A stretch of 34,421 nt of DNA from Octopus bimaculoides. Taxonomy: Eukaryota. The notes under the pieces are model-generated. The model was not told where the DNA came from and searched no databases. It was given only the letters and a program-made list of their open reading frames with translations. The position numbers and the translations under genes were made by a program. The stretch covers positions 72,246,827 through 72,281,247 of the forward strand of contig NC_068981.1 in the NCBI RefSeq assembly GCF_001194135.2, in the 5' to 3' direction. Of the stretch, positions 22,720 to 34,135 are shown piece after piece (within the stretch, counting starts at the first letter, position 1; each line of letters begins with the position of its first letter).

Positions 22720-23592
22720 CGAGGGGTACCCATAAGAAACCGGAATTTTGCAATATCATTTTATTCACCTAGTTTTACCTGTTTACACTTTTATCGCCTA
22801 CAAAGCATTTTCCATTCGTAGCGATGCGTCGGACTGGGCGCGTTTTCCACTGTCCGAAGCAGTGCTGGAACACTTGCGAAGTGATGCCTTTTAATGCCTC
22901 TGTCCTTTTTTTTTTCTTCGCCTCTTATACATCTGAAAATTTCGTAGCCAAGCTTTCGTCACCAGTGATGACCTTCGAAAGAAGATCCTGATCAATTTCA
23001 AACTGTTCTTTCACAACACGCATTTAGTCGTGACTACTTTTGATCTTCCGTAAGCAAGCAAGGCACAAATTTTGCTGCAACTCTTTTCATTTGCAATTAC
23101 TCGCTCAAAATTTGTAGGCAGGACACAACAGACATATCAAGTTCGTCAATTGTTCGGTGACAGTCATCCAAGATCACTTCATGAATTTTCCTGATGTTTT
23201 TATTCGTTCAAGAGGTCGATGTTCGTCCTGAACGGGGTTGGTCTTCAAGCAACAAGTGACCATTCCTAAAGCGTGAAAACCACTCATAAACTAGTGTTTT
23301 GCTCATGCCAGCGTCCTTGTAAGCTGTTTGAAGCATGACAACTGTTTTGACCGCCGTTTTCCTCGGCAGAAAACAGAATTTCACGCAAGCACGCTGTTCC
23401 TTCGTTTCTGCCATCGCAAAAATCGACGAACAGGGGAGAAACACTGCAAAACAAAGATGCATCACATGGCAGTACGACTTCAGACGACGACAACGGTCGG
23501 CAGAGTGATGCCTGAGGGTCGCATCAAGTGGCTTCTGGCGGTGGAAACCTGTACTATAAGAAACGTTTCCGATTACTTTTGGGTACCCCTCG
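22720..23592 (-). mobile_element. Internally deleted mariner DNA transposon (873 bp)
   Basis: 26-bp TIRs CGAGGGGTACCCA(T/A)AAG(A/T)AA(C/T)CGGAA at 22720-22745 and 23567-23592, with 3 mismatches. TA duplications at 22718-22719 and 23593-23594. Confidence 0.95.
22780..23414 (-). pseudogene. Mariner transposase remnant
   Basis: ATG at 23414: MAETKEQRACVKFCF…VYEWFSRFRNG…EDQPRSGR (HTH region), then MKRVAAKFVPCLLT (WVPHxL-like linker) and KVITGDE (first catalytic D). It then jumps to the C-terminal FQHCFGQWK…NGKCF. The rest of the catalytic core is deleted; stops and frameshifts are present. Confidence 0.92.
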
Positions 23593-24584
23593 TACGTCCT
23601 GATTCTTCGGTCTTTCTGGATACTTCTCTCCAGAGCAGGATATATTTTTCTCTAACACAACCAATGGTATCATTCTTGGCATATATGATTATCTTATTAA
23701 GAAATTCTGATATTCTTTATTCTGATCTTTATGGGCCTCCCAGCGCCTTGAAAATAAAACCTGAAGCTGAAGTTCGTTTTTGTTTCGAGCATTATTATTG
23801 CAGTCGATTCTGGGTTTTATTGGAAGTATTTTGGTTGAATAATGTTTTAAATTTAGTATCTCTAATGAACATTTATATTCCCCTCTGTACCCTATTTACC
23901 TCTTGGTTCGTGAGTTACATTAGAGTGCTGAGCGTGTATTCGTAATTATATCCTCAAACATCTGCCAAGTTGCTTTGATATCTAAAGAAACGTATGTTGA
24001 TCAATAGTCGACAAGAATTAGCCAATGTTTTGTGCAGATTTATGTTGACAAATATGTGCATTTGGTTGAATACGTTTGACCTAAAGCTGGAACGCTGGTA
24101 ACTAAGGTTACAGTGTACTATATTCTTGTCTGAATGAAAAGCTTTTTTTCAATTGAGATGAGGATAGTACTGGAGTAGTTACTGAACTTTAGGTTCAAAT
24201 ACTTTTGGGGTACTTTGTTGCATCAATTACGAATTGTGACACGATAAATCACCTTTGAAACTGAATAGAGTCTCTAATGGGGTTGAAATATGATAACATG
24301 ATTTCAGGGTTTTTGTGAGCCAAAGTATATAAAGAAATTTGGAATCGCTATTCATTTATATGATTTTTGATGTGCATTTTTGGATGAAAGACTTGGTTTT
24401 GTTAGCGCACTTTCTGGAACCGCTACAGAAGCATTTAAGGTGGCCTGGAGAGTCCAATCATGGTTTGGTCCTTAACATTATTGTCTACAGATGCAGTATA
24501 ACAAGTGTCATTAGAAATTGTATCCTAATTGAGAAAGTGGCTTCTATTTTTATTTATTTCTTTATTATTTTATTTTTTTGATCT

Positions 24585-24760
24585 TCGTGATCTACACTGA
24601 TGATAGGGCAGTTTGTAAACTTCACCTCAGTATCCTGGTCGGAATTGTTGAAGTGGATCTCAGTTAGGATGATGAAAGTGGTGGGGAGCATCTGTTCAAC
24701 AATCTAACTCTCTACGTATAGGATCTCTAATTTCGTGCATTGATGGATGGGCTGACGCCT
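24585..24760 (-). mobile_element. Possible LINE AP-endonuclease N-terminal fragment
   Basis: INARN*RS…PTTFIILTEIHFN resembles the NxRS…PDIIxLTETxL motif. Short and degenerate. Confidence 0.4.
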
Positions 24761-24847
24761 TGTGCTTTACTAGGAATGTGGAAATCGAGGTGGTTGTTAT
24801 TGTGCTAGTTCAAAGGCTTTCTTTTTTTCTAGCTATCATTTATAAGC

Positions 24848-25238
24848 GTGGAGGCGCAATGGCCCAGTGGTTAGGGCAGCGGACTCGTGGTCATAGGATC
24901 GCGGTTTCGATTCCCAGACCGAGCGTTGTGAGTGTTTATTGAGCGAAAACACCTAAAGCTCCATGAGGCTCCGGCAGGGGATGGTGGCGAACCCTGCTGT
25001 ACTCTTTCACCGCAACTTTCTCCCACTCTTACTTCCTGTTTCTGTTGTGCCTGTAATTCAAAGGGTCAGCCTTGTCACTCTGTGTCACGCTGAATATCCC
25101 CGAGAACTACGTTAAGGGTACACGTGTCTGTGGAGTGCTCAGCCACTTGCACGCTAATTTCACGAGCAGGCTGTTCCGTTGATCGGATCAACTGGAACCC
25201 TCGACGTCGTAAGCGACGGAGTGGCAACAGCAACAACA
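24848..25238 (+). mobile_element. tRNA-derived SINE, family A, full-length copy 2 with perfect TSD
   Basis: A-box TGGCCCAGTGG at 24860-24870, B-box-like GGTTTCGATTCCC at 24903-24915 and CAACAGCAACAACA tail. 10-bp TSD ATTTATAAGC at 24838-24847 and 25239-25248. Confidence 0.96.
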
Positions 25239-25759
25239 ATTTATAAGCAACATTAAGGTGTTGTTTGAGTGCTGAGATGTGGGATAGTGGTGATAGTGGT
25301 TTTGAAGTTTTTTTTGTAGATAGTAAGCTTTCTCTGTATGTCTTAGACTATATTTAGCAAGTCTAAAAATATTTTCTCTTCCCACGATGCTTCATCACTG
25401 CAATCATTGTATAGATGCATTGCTTAACATATCTGCTTATTGTCACTGTTCTTGCCGTTTACATCCTGTTAGTGGTAATATATGTTTACATCATAGTAGT
25501 TGAAGTCAGAATCGCTGAGATTAATTTCTGAGGATTATTGCTCTAATTGTTACTAATGTAATTCTTGTAACTGCTAGATACCAAAATAAAGTACTTTAAA
25601 AGAAGCTTGTCTTATATGTTTATATTTCGATATTCATTCTTGTCTTTTATTCAGTATTTCGAAGCACTGCATCAAGAAATTACATTATTATTTCAGTTAG
25701 GCAGAGCAAGCTTGTAATTAATACATTGACTTTAGGGACGAGGGACAGTTTTATTATTT

Positions 25760-26180
25760 GGTATGAAGGAAAAGCCTGCGCTCAAGACTTTCTCGATGTG
25801 AGTGGGGATGGATGTTCTTAAGCAATTACAAATTTAAAGCTTCAGAAAAATTCATTGACGGGCATGGAAATCCAGAGAACTAGCGTTCTGTAAAGACATG
25901 ATGGGAGATATTGATAAATGCGCAACAGGGGACACAGATACAAATACGAGTGCCAAGAAGAAGAGTGGTGGAGAGCCGAGTGACTACCTCTGAGTAGACG
26001 AACTAAAAAAGAAGGGAAGAGTAGGCAACAACACGTCTGTGGACCCGAAGTTGGAGTGTAATGATAAGTGGCTCTATGCTAATCACTGAGTGGCCTGCTT
26101 GTGAGATGTATCAAAATGTCCGTTTGTGCAGCAGAGAACCATCTCAGATGTGGAGGAAATAATTCATTGCAGCGCTCACT
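25760..26180 (-). mobile_element. Degenerate CR1/L2-group LINE 3' remnant
   Basis: AMNYFLHI*DGS…HRRVVAYSSLLF resembles MEYCSHIWDG…HRRxVASLSLFY. Confidence 0.5.
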
Positions 26181-26395
26181 TGAATTTTGTTGAAAAGTAA
26201 TACTTGTTAGGCCTTGAACTATTTCTAAGGAAAGAAAGTCATTTAGGATTCAGTTTTTGCCTTGTTATGTTTTGTACATGATCTGGTGTTGTACAGATAT
26301 TTTCCTTCGTATATAAGCATGTTTTTGTGCTGTGATAAGAGAAAAAGGTGATATGACTCATGAAAAAAATCAAAAGATGCACATGAAACTATCTA

Positions 26396-26490
26396 TGTGT
26401 CTGTCTGTCTGTCTGTCTGCCTGCTTGTTTGTTTGTCTGTCTGTTTGCTTGTTTGCTTGCCTGTTTGTCTGTCTGTCTCCCCCCTCTCTC
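26396..26490. repeat. Compound (GTCT)/(GTTT)/(GCTT) tetranucleotide repeat
   Basis: Directly visible. Confidence 0.93.
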
Positions 26491-26799
26491 TCTCCTCACA
26501 CACGCACACAAACACACACATATATGGAAAGAAGAGGTGTATTCACATGCAGGGAAAAATACAGGAGAATTTGTTTTTGAAAATGCACCTCGTACGAGAA
26601 GATGCTGAAAGTTTGGATAAAAGAAAATACAGGAGGATCAGTTAATTATAATTTTATTCAACATATTCCCCTCTCAGGTTCACTTATTGTACCGTTCCTT
26701 GAGTTTTTCTAAGCCTTGTAAAAGAACTCGGAAGGTTGGGCCTTCAGCCAGGCCTTTCACGACACTAACTTTTCAGCACCCTTTGTATTTTGTATATAT

Positions 26800-26801
26800 A
26801 T

Positions 26802-26843
<42 letters not shown>

Positions 26844-27142
26844 NNNNNNNNNNNNNNNNNNNNNNNNNNNNNNNNNNNNNNNNNNNNNNNNNNNNNNNNN
26901 NNNNNNNNNNNNNNNNNNNNNNNNNNNNNNNNNNNNNNNNNNNNNNNNNNNNNNNNNNNNNNNNNNNNNNNNNNNNNNNNNNNNNNNNNNNNNNNNNNNN
27001 NNNNNNNNNNNNNNNNNNNNNNNNNNNNNNNNNNNNNNNNNNNNNNNNNNNNNNNNNNNNNNNNNNNNNNNNNNNNNNNNNNNNNNNNNNNNNNNNNNNN
27101 NNNNNNNNNNNNNNNNNNNNNNNNNNNNNNNNNNNNNNNNNN

Positions 27143-27183
<41 letters not shown>
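26800..27183. other. (TG)n, assembly gap 26844-27141, (TA)n
   Basis: Directly visible. Confidence 0.98.
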
Positions 27184-27185
<2 letters not shown>

Positions 27186-27639
27186 TGGCGTTAATCCATT
27201 GTTACTTCTTTTGTAAAAAGCTAGTGCTTTCATGTTGAAGACTAGATTGTAGACAATTGTCTCCGCAATCAAAGCTTAGTTTGTGCTCGGATTTAGGTTG
27301 AGGACATTCTCACGAATGTTGGGAATATTTCTGAATATTTAATAACATTTCCTGTTGAAACAGGTATGTAATTTGGTGAAAAGGTTTCATATCAGACAGT
27401 TGAACACGGAAAATACTGTCTCCCAAATTGAAAAATCTTTGCATTTATGCATAAGCAAGTTTACAGTTACCTACGTAGTGATGTAAAGATACCATACAAA
27501 TATGTCATTAACAAAGATAACGTGAACAAATAATATTACAACAGATTTTTTTTTAAATTAGCAATAAGGGCTTTCCTCTAAGTATAGGGCAAAAACATAG
27601 AACGTATTTGCAGTTCCATGGCCGATACTAACATTTGGG

Positions 27640-28130
27640 ATATTCGCTTCTTAATGATTTCCCACGAGTGCCCGAAATCCAACAAAGACCTGCAACAGAA
27701 ATATTCTGCATACCACAAAAATGGTTATAAATAGTATGTTTCTCAGAAATTCAAGGATGATGATATGAACACGAAATGTAGTCTCCCTTGGATTCGTGAT
27801 CGTCACACTGCAGCATATTTCGAAGAGTGTAGCTGGCAATCGAGGAACTATTAATAGCTAAGAAATACGTAATGAACAGAGGAGGCAGTGAAGCGCATAA
27901 TACCCCAAGATGTGACGGAAAATGTCCATTATGTCGCATTTCTATAGAAGACATTATACTTGAGGTCTCAAAAATATCATTAGTTTATTACTTCCCATTG
28001 CGGTATGATGTTGTTGCTAAGAGAAACTGTCCCAGGATAATTATAAAGAACACCCAAGTTATTAAATACATACATACCAACACATATAGTATTAGTGGAA
28101 GATTCATGTTAAAATTTCCGATACGCTCCT
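27640..28130 (+). mobile_element. RLE-type LINE C-terminal fragment (zinc-knuckle region)
   Basis: AIEELLIAKKYVMNR…DGKCPLCRISIEDI…YYFPLRYDVVAK…Y*WKIHVK resembles the CRLCxxxxExxxH…C…RHDxVAK…YWWN motif of R4/R2-type ORFs. Confidence 0.65.
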
Positions 28131-28163
28131 TTTTTATAGGAAGAATTCAAATGATTATAAAAT

Positions 28164-28201
28164 ACATAAATAGAAATATACATACATATACATATACATA
28201 T

Positions 28202-28272
<71 letters not shown>
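28164..28272. repeat. (TACATA)n(CA)n(TA)n compound microsatellite
   Basis: Directly visible. Confidence 0.96.
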
Positions 28273-28277
<5 letters not shown>

Positions 28278-28290
28278 CATAATCATTGTA

Positions 28291-28510
28291 AAGAGGTGAG
28301 CTTACAGAATCGTTAGCACGTTGGACAATATGCTTGATGCCATTGCTTCCGGTTCTTTATATTCTGAGTTCAAATTCCGCTGAGGTTAACTTTGCCTTTC
28401 ATCATTTCGGGGTCGATAAAATAAGTACCAGCTGAGCACTATGTTCTATATAATATACTAACCCCTACGCATTAAAATTGCTGGCTTCATGTCAGAATTG
28501 AACCATTATA
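28291..28510 (+). mobile_element. SINE family B, full-length
   Basis: Head …CAGAATCGTTAGCACG, B-box GAGTTCAAATTCC, central CTTTGCCTTTCATCATTTCGGGGTCGATAAAATAAGTACCAG and end GAACCATTAT. Confidence 0.9.
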
Positions 28511-28667
28511 CGTAATCACTAAAATGTTACCAACGTAATGTTTTGGATTAGTGAAACATACAATCATACGCACATGCATAGCTACGTGCATACATACATA
28601 CATACATACATACATACGTACGAACATTTCTACACACACACACACACAAACTCCTGTATACATACAT

Positions 28668-29195
28668 GGCTATCCTGCTGATGTCTGAGTTAAAAATGCT
28701 TTTGGCCCATGCTAGAAGCTGGTTCTGTTGGTGATAAATTCGAAAAGTAAAACTTGGGAAACATACATATATACATTTCCATTGAGAAATCTGCAGTTCT
28801 TCTATCCAGATTACAAGTTCAGGTTTATACCTTTAATCATTGGGGCCCTGGGATATGTAACACACTGCTAAAATACCAATCTTGAGAAATTAAGCTTCTC
28901 AAAACCACAAAGGAGAAAGCTAATTCGAAGACTACAGATCCAATCCATCACTGGAACTGTAAAAATCTGTAAAACTTTCCAGAAATTTATCATTTAAATA
29001 TATACGAGCATGTCTAGATATGCAACTATATGCATGAGAATACATGCATAAAATATACAACTCTGCACATACATACATACAAACAAAAATATCCTGTTGC
29101 TGATGAAGGAGCCTTGGATCTTGGTTAGAAACTGGTTCTTTCTCTGTTGGCAAGAAATCTTGAAATAAACTGAATAATGACATACATACATACAT
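28668..29195 (+). mobile_element. 3' end of an RLE-type (R4/Dong-like) LINE with a (CATA)n tail
   Basis: YPADV… then LYPDYKFRFIPLIIGALGYVTHC*NTNLEKLSFSKPQRRKLIRRLQIQSITGTVKICKTFQKFII* (stop at 28995-28997). IIGALG is typical of the RLE C-terminus. The 3' UTR has AATAAA at 29164-29169 and a CATA tail at 29181-29195. Confidence 0.82.
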
Positions 29196-29928
29196 GCAAT
29201 CGTACATACACATGCACACACAGACATGTGCAAGCCCGTACCGTCACACGCACTTACATATACTTGTAGATGCACACCTAAGCATTTATATTTGTGTGTG
29301 CGTTTGCGCGCGCGCGCGGTTATAGATGACGGGAAAGCTTTGTCACTAGGTGGGAAATGAGTTTTCTCTGTTAGTGAAAATTTTTAGAAAAGTAACCGAA
29401 CAGGATTCAGCCATGCCTCCGTGAATATGAATATATAAACATACGCATGCACACAAATACATATAAATATATGCACACATAAATGCGTGTGAATGCATGT
29501 GATTATGCAGATAGGTACACAGAGGTGCGCTCTTATATATCATGAATGTGTATGTGTGTTTGTGTGTGCGTGAGTGTGTGTGTGTGCGGCGTGTGCGTGT
29601 GTAGATGTGTAGTGCTGCGCAGTAGAATGCATTAATTTGTGTGTTATTTGAAACTAATTTTAGGGATAACATGCAGAAGGTTCATAAATCAGGAGACGAG
29701 GGTCGAATAGAGGAATCAAATTTACTAAAAAAATTAGTTTCGACTGGGACTTTAGCATTCGTCTAACGACTTATTCAACAAGTACTGTTGCGGAACTGAA
29801 AGCAAGTTTTCTTTCTATAAGAAAGTGCATTATAAAAGAAAGTTACTACTACAACTTCTATATGCTGTTAGGTGAAACTTGAAACCCAGTTCTAAATAAT
29901 TATGCGAACGCATAGAGACACACATACA

Positions 29929-30060
29929 CATGTATGTATGTATGTATGTATGTATGTATGTATGTATGTATGTATGTATGTATGTATGTTCGTATGTTCG
30001 TATGTATATGTGTGTGTTGTGTGTATGTTATGTGTGTGTATGTGTGTGCGTATATGTGTG
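29929..30060. repeat. (GTAT)n grading into TG-rich repeat
   Basis: Directly visible. Confidence 0.96.
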
Positions 30061-30825
30061 TGTCTAATTATTCAGAAAACCCAAGAAGTAAAGGACTAAA
30101 GGGAAGTACATAAGTGATTATATTCTGCAGGGGTGTTGTGTTTTTCCGAAATCTTATGAAGACAGTATTTCGTAAATTATTCTGCTCTTGTATTCAGATA
30201 ATGTCCAGAATTTTAGACTTCATTGAATATTAGCCTTCGTTTTAGCAGTACGAAAGTTTCACATTTTAGGCTCATTAATGTGCGGTCTACACTTAGCTAA
30301 GATGTAAACGCTATGTGTACACGAATAATGTTATTTGTATATTTCTTGTGTCTGAAAGATGACGTGGATAATTAAAGTGATACAACTTAGATATATTTCC
30401 TACCATACTAATGCAGTATTTATGCTCTATGGTGGGGTTCAGTTTACCACAGCTAACTTCTGCTTCATATATTATCATCTGTACATCACATGTATGGCCG
30501 GCTGAACACGCATTAGTATTTTTCACGTGCATTTAGTCTTTGTTATAGTTTTCATGTCTGGAGTATGCTGTATTTACTTTCATGCTGGATGATTTATTGT
30601 AACAATTAATTGGAAAATGCTCTTCTGTTTGAAAGTTTCTGGAAATATTTGATGAAACGTGTAACAGAAAAGAGGCTGTGAATGTAATAATCTTACGAGG
30701 GTTGATCACTGTTTTGAAAGGAGTGAGTTAGAGGTGTAGTTAGTCGTAACTTTGAAGCTGTACGCAGGTAAAGTATTATTGTAATATGGGGCCGCCATAT
30801 CGAAAACAGTTTATATATGTATTAT

Positions 30826-31202
30826 GGGCGCAGGTGTGACTGTGTGGTAAGAAGTTTGCTTCTCATCCTCATGGTTCTGAGTTCTGTTCCACTACATAGC
30901 ACCTTGGGCGAGTGTCTTCTACTATAGCCTTGGGCCGACCAAGATTTTGAGTGGATTTGGTGGACAGAGGCTGAAAGAATCCGTCGTATATGTGTGTGTG
31001 TGTGTTCGTATTTATGTTTGTTCCCCACCACCGCTTAACAATCGGCGTTGGTGTGTTTTACGTCCCCCGTAACTTAGCGGTTCGGCAAAAAAGAGCGATA
31101 GAATGAGTACCAAACATTAAAAAAAGAGTATTCGGATCGATTCGCTCCGCTGAAATTCTTCAAGGTAGTGCTCCAGCATGGCCACAATCTAATGACTGAA
31201 AT
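30826..31202 (+). mobile_element. SINE family C, full-length composite
   Basis: tRNA-like head GGGCGCAGGTGTGACTGTGTGGTAAG…GAGTTCTGTTCC, central GGGCGAGTGTCTTCTACTATAGCC, internal (TG)n at about 30990-31004 and a distal module ending CCAGCATGGCCACAATCTAATGACTGAA. Its halves match 10797-10950 and 8899-9008. Confidence 0.88.
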
Positions 31203-31221
31203 ATGTAATATATGTAATATA

Positions 31222-31226
<5 letters not shown>

Positions 31227-31261
<35 letters not shown>
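31227..31261. repeat. (TG)n microsatellite
   Basis: Directly visible. Confidence 0.97.
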
Positions 31262-31264
<3 letters not shown>

Positions 31265-32176
31265 ATACATTGTTTGCTTATACATAAAGTTATATATAAA
31301 AAAGCTAGACATTGATGTTACAGAGTACGCAATAATTTTTTGTAGAGTACTGTATTTATTTATTCATTTACGTATTTACTTATTTTACAATAACAAGTTG
31401 GACCACAATTTGTCTTGTAATTGTAAATCTATACACATATATGTATAGATACCCATACATGCACATTAATGTGACGCATTATAACTTTTCTTGTGTTGTT
31501 TACATTAGAGAAAAGTTCTGGTAGATATTGTTTATCTTACACCCAATGCGGTCTACATTTAACCTACATTCCCCAATATACAGTAATGAGTTTTAACAGT
31601 GGATTTTCTTTTCTTACGTTAAGTTATTTACGAGTTATGCAAGATTTCATTTAGCTTATTGAATAAAAACTTAACTAGATTAACTCCAGATAATTGTTCC
31701 TGTTCAGAAATCACAACCCAAAACCTGAATTTTTAAAATTAAAACGTTTATTTTTAGTACTTAACAATTGCTTATTGTATTGAGAATCCGCTACAGAATT
31801 CTTGTCTAACAAGTACCGGATGAGAAATATTTTTATAGATAATGAAAATACTACGATGTAAACAACTTAGAGAATGATCTGCTATATATGAAACTAAGAG
31901 CTGATAGGCTTATTTGGGTTATTATAACAATATACGTCACACAGCAAAAGCATTTGATTCATTGAAAATCAATAATGGTGAAACTAGTGGGTGTATATTG
32001 TCAATGACTTCCTGTGAAGAAGTCACTCTGCAACACAACCTGCTCGAAGTCGTGTCCTATTGCTGTTAGTTGCAGGAATGGTATTTTAAAGAATGTAATT
32101 TATACTGTAAGTTCAAACAATATTATTTCAGTAGTTTAAGAAAAGAAAGAATCTGGTATGGTATACCATTGTACCT

Positions 32177-32285
32177 ATCTTCTTCTTCTTCTTCTTCTTC
32201 TTCTTCTTCTTCTTCTTCTTCTTCTTCTCGTCATCGTCATTATCATCATCATCATCATTATCAGCAGCAGTATTATTATTATTAT
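32177..32285. repeat. Compound (TCT)(TCG)(TCA)(GCA)(TTA) trinucleotide repeat
   Basis: Directly visible. Confidence 0.96.
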
Positions 32286-32349
32286 GTTTTATTTTTTTAA
32301 TTGCAATTAGTTAGCATTGTTTACAAAACCCTTATTGCAGTTAATTAGT

Positions 32350-33018
32350 TGAGTTGAATGCTTATCATGATTTTTTTATTTTTGAATCTTATAATTTTTC
32401 ATTCTGTTTTCGCAATATTTCTTTTTATAGCTTTTCTTTAATATCTCTAAATTCCACATTCTCTGATTTTATATCTTTCTATTTCTCTTCTCATTTTCTA
32501 CCCCGTTTTCTCTTCCTTCTTTTCCTTTCTTCATTTCACTTATCATTCATTGTTGCACTCCACCACTCATTTTCTCTCTCTCACCCCCTCACTCCCTAAC
32601 AACCTCTTTTTATTCCACTAAACTCGCTTAAGTTGTAAGAACATTTATTCCTCGTTGTTTTTCTCTCGCTATTTTGCTCTGATATACCCTCTTCTTATCT
32701 CTTTTATTTATATCACTCTCTTTTTGCAAACTTTCATTTTTATCTATAGATTTTCCTTCTTACTGCTTGTCAAAAGAATCAAACACGTTACTATTTGTTT
32801 ATTATTAATCTTTCACCTTATCTGTTGATCTTTCTCACTCACTTTCTCTCTCTTTCCTCTTTTCTCTCTCTTCTTTCTTACGCATTTCCCCACGCCTTTC
32901 ATTCTTTCTTTTCAATGCTTGTATTTTCCCCCTATTTATCTTCTCTCTACCTTTACGTTTTTCCTCTTTTTATTTTCTTCTCTTTCTCATTTTCTCAACT
33001 TTGAATTTCTCTTTGCAG
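32350..33018 (+). repeat. About 670-bp pyrimidine-rich low-complexity tract
   Basis: Strong C/T bias on the plus strand with almost no G, ending in TTTGCAG. Confidence 0.85.
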
Positions 33019-34009
33019 CTTTGATCTGTTTTAGTACCTTCCTGCATATCTAAAGTAGAGTATCTAGTCTCTCTCAATTCTTAACGTTAGTTAAAAGTTT
33101 AAGCTTTATTTTTAACTACTTCCTATAGTTGTTGCTGCTTAGCTTCAGGTCAGCCTTGATTGAGCAGACCTATGGTCAAAGGCATTATAAAATGACCCTC
33201 CATCTTATTAATAATTCACCACATTTCTAGGACTACATTATCAAATGTTTCCGTCGTTTTTGTGACGATAGATGTGATCTAAGGGAGTTTAAGCAGCAAT
33301 TTCTGACGGGTTGGGTGACAATTCTCCTGTTAGCTCTGCTGAATATTACAATTGCTTCATTTACTGTATTCTTATTGACTTAACACGCTTAACAACATTG
33401 CGTTTCATTTCGAAATGCTCTTCCGACAACTTTCTGGCGAAGTTTAAGTTGTACAAGTTAAGAATAATTTCTGTTTATTTCTATAAGTATTAGATCTAGA
33501 AATCAACAGCATACTTGAAATGAAGAATCCCAAGATCTTATACAGAAGTGCTGCTACCAAACATAAAACAAACACCATGACGGATTACAAATTACCATTG
33601 TAAACCTGCCTGTTAAAGTCATGTTTTATTTTTTTTAAACTAGTAAAGAATATTCAAAGAAAGCCATAACAAAGTAGGCAGAAAAATTTGAAGTAAGCTG
33701 ACTTATAACAAAATTTCTTTCCTCGTCATGTTTGAGGGCAGAGTTACGCTGGTTGTTAACTGCCTCAATATTTAACACCAGGTAATCATCAACAATGATT
33801 ATAGTTCTTATTTCTCGCAGTCGTCTAATCCATCTTTATTTTTGCAGTTATTTAAGTTATATGATCAGCATGTATGATGGTATATATAAGTTAACAGGCT
33901 TCCTGTACATTTGTTATCATAGATTTACAAGCTAGTATTACATATATAAGAGAAAATACCTATATGGAAAGCATTTTAAGTTATGTAGGATTTATTGGTA
34001 CTACTCAAG

Positions 34010-34135
34010 CAGAGCGGACCCGAACGCGCAGTCGCGCTAGCTAGTCGTGAGTGGTCGATCCTACGAAAAGTGCGCGCACGCGCGCAAATAAATATGTGTG
34101 TGCGCGTGCGCTAGTATGCAAATTAGTAAATAATT
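34010..34135. promoter_or_regulatory. CpG-rich patch with octamer motif, putative regulatory element
   Basis: Dense CpG (CGCGCAGTCGCG, GTGCGCGCACGCGCGC) in an AT-rich background. ATGCAAAT at 34116-34123 and GTAAATA at 34126-34132. Confidence 0.3.

Noticed and set aside
23328-23945. 205-aa plus-strand ORF
   Set aside because: It is antisense to the mariner transposase, runs through the TIR into AT-rich flank and has no recognisable motif.
25370-25600. Possible coding-like segment on the minus strand
   Set aside because: Stops in all frames and no motif I can name.
33140-33200. Possible interspersed repeat fragment (TCAGGTCAGCCTTGATTGAGCAGACC…)
   Set aside because: No second copy in the window, so it cannot be supported from the sequence alone.
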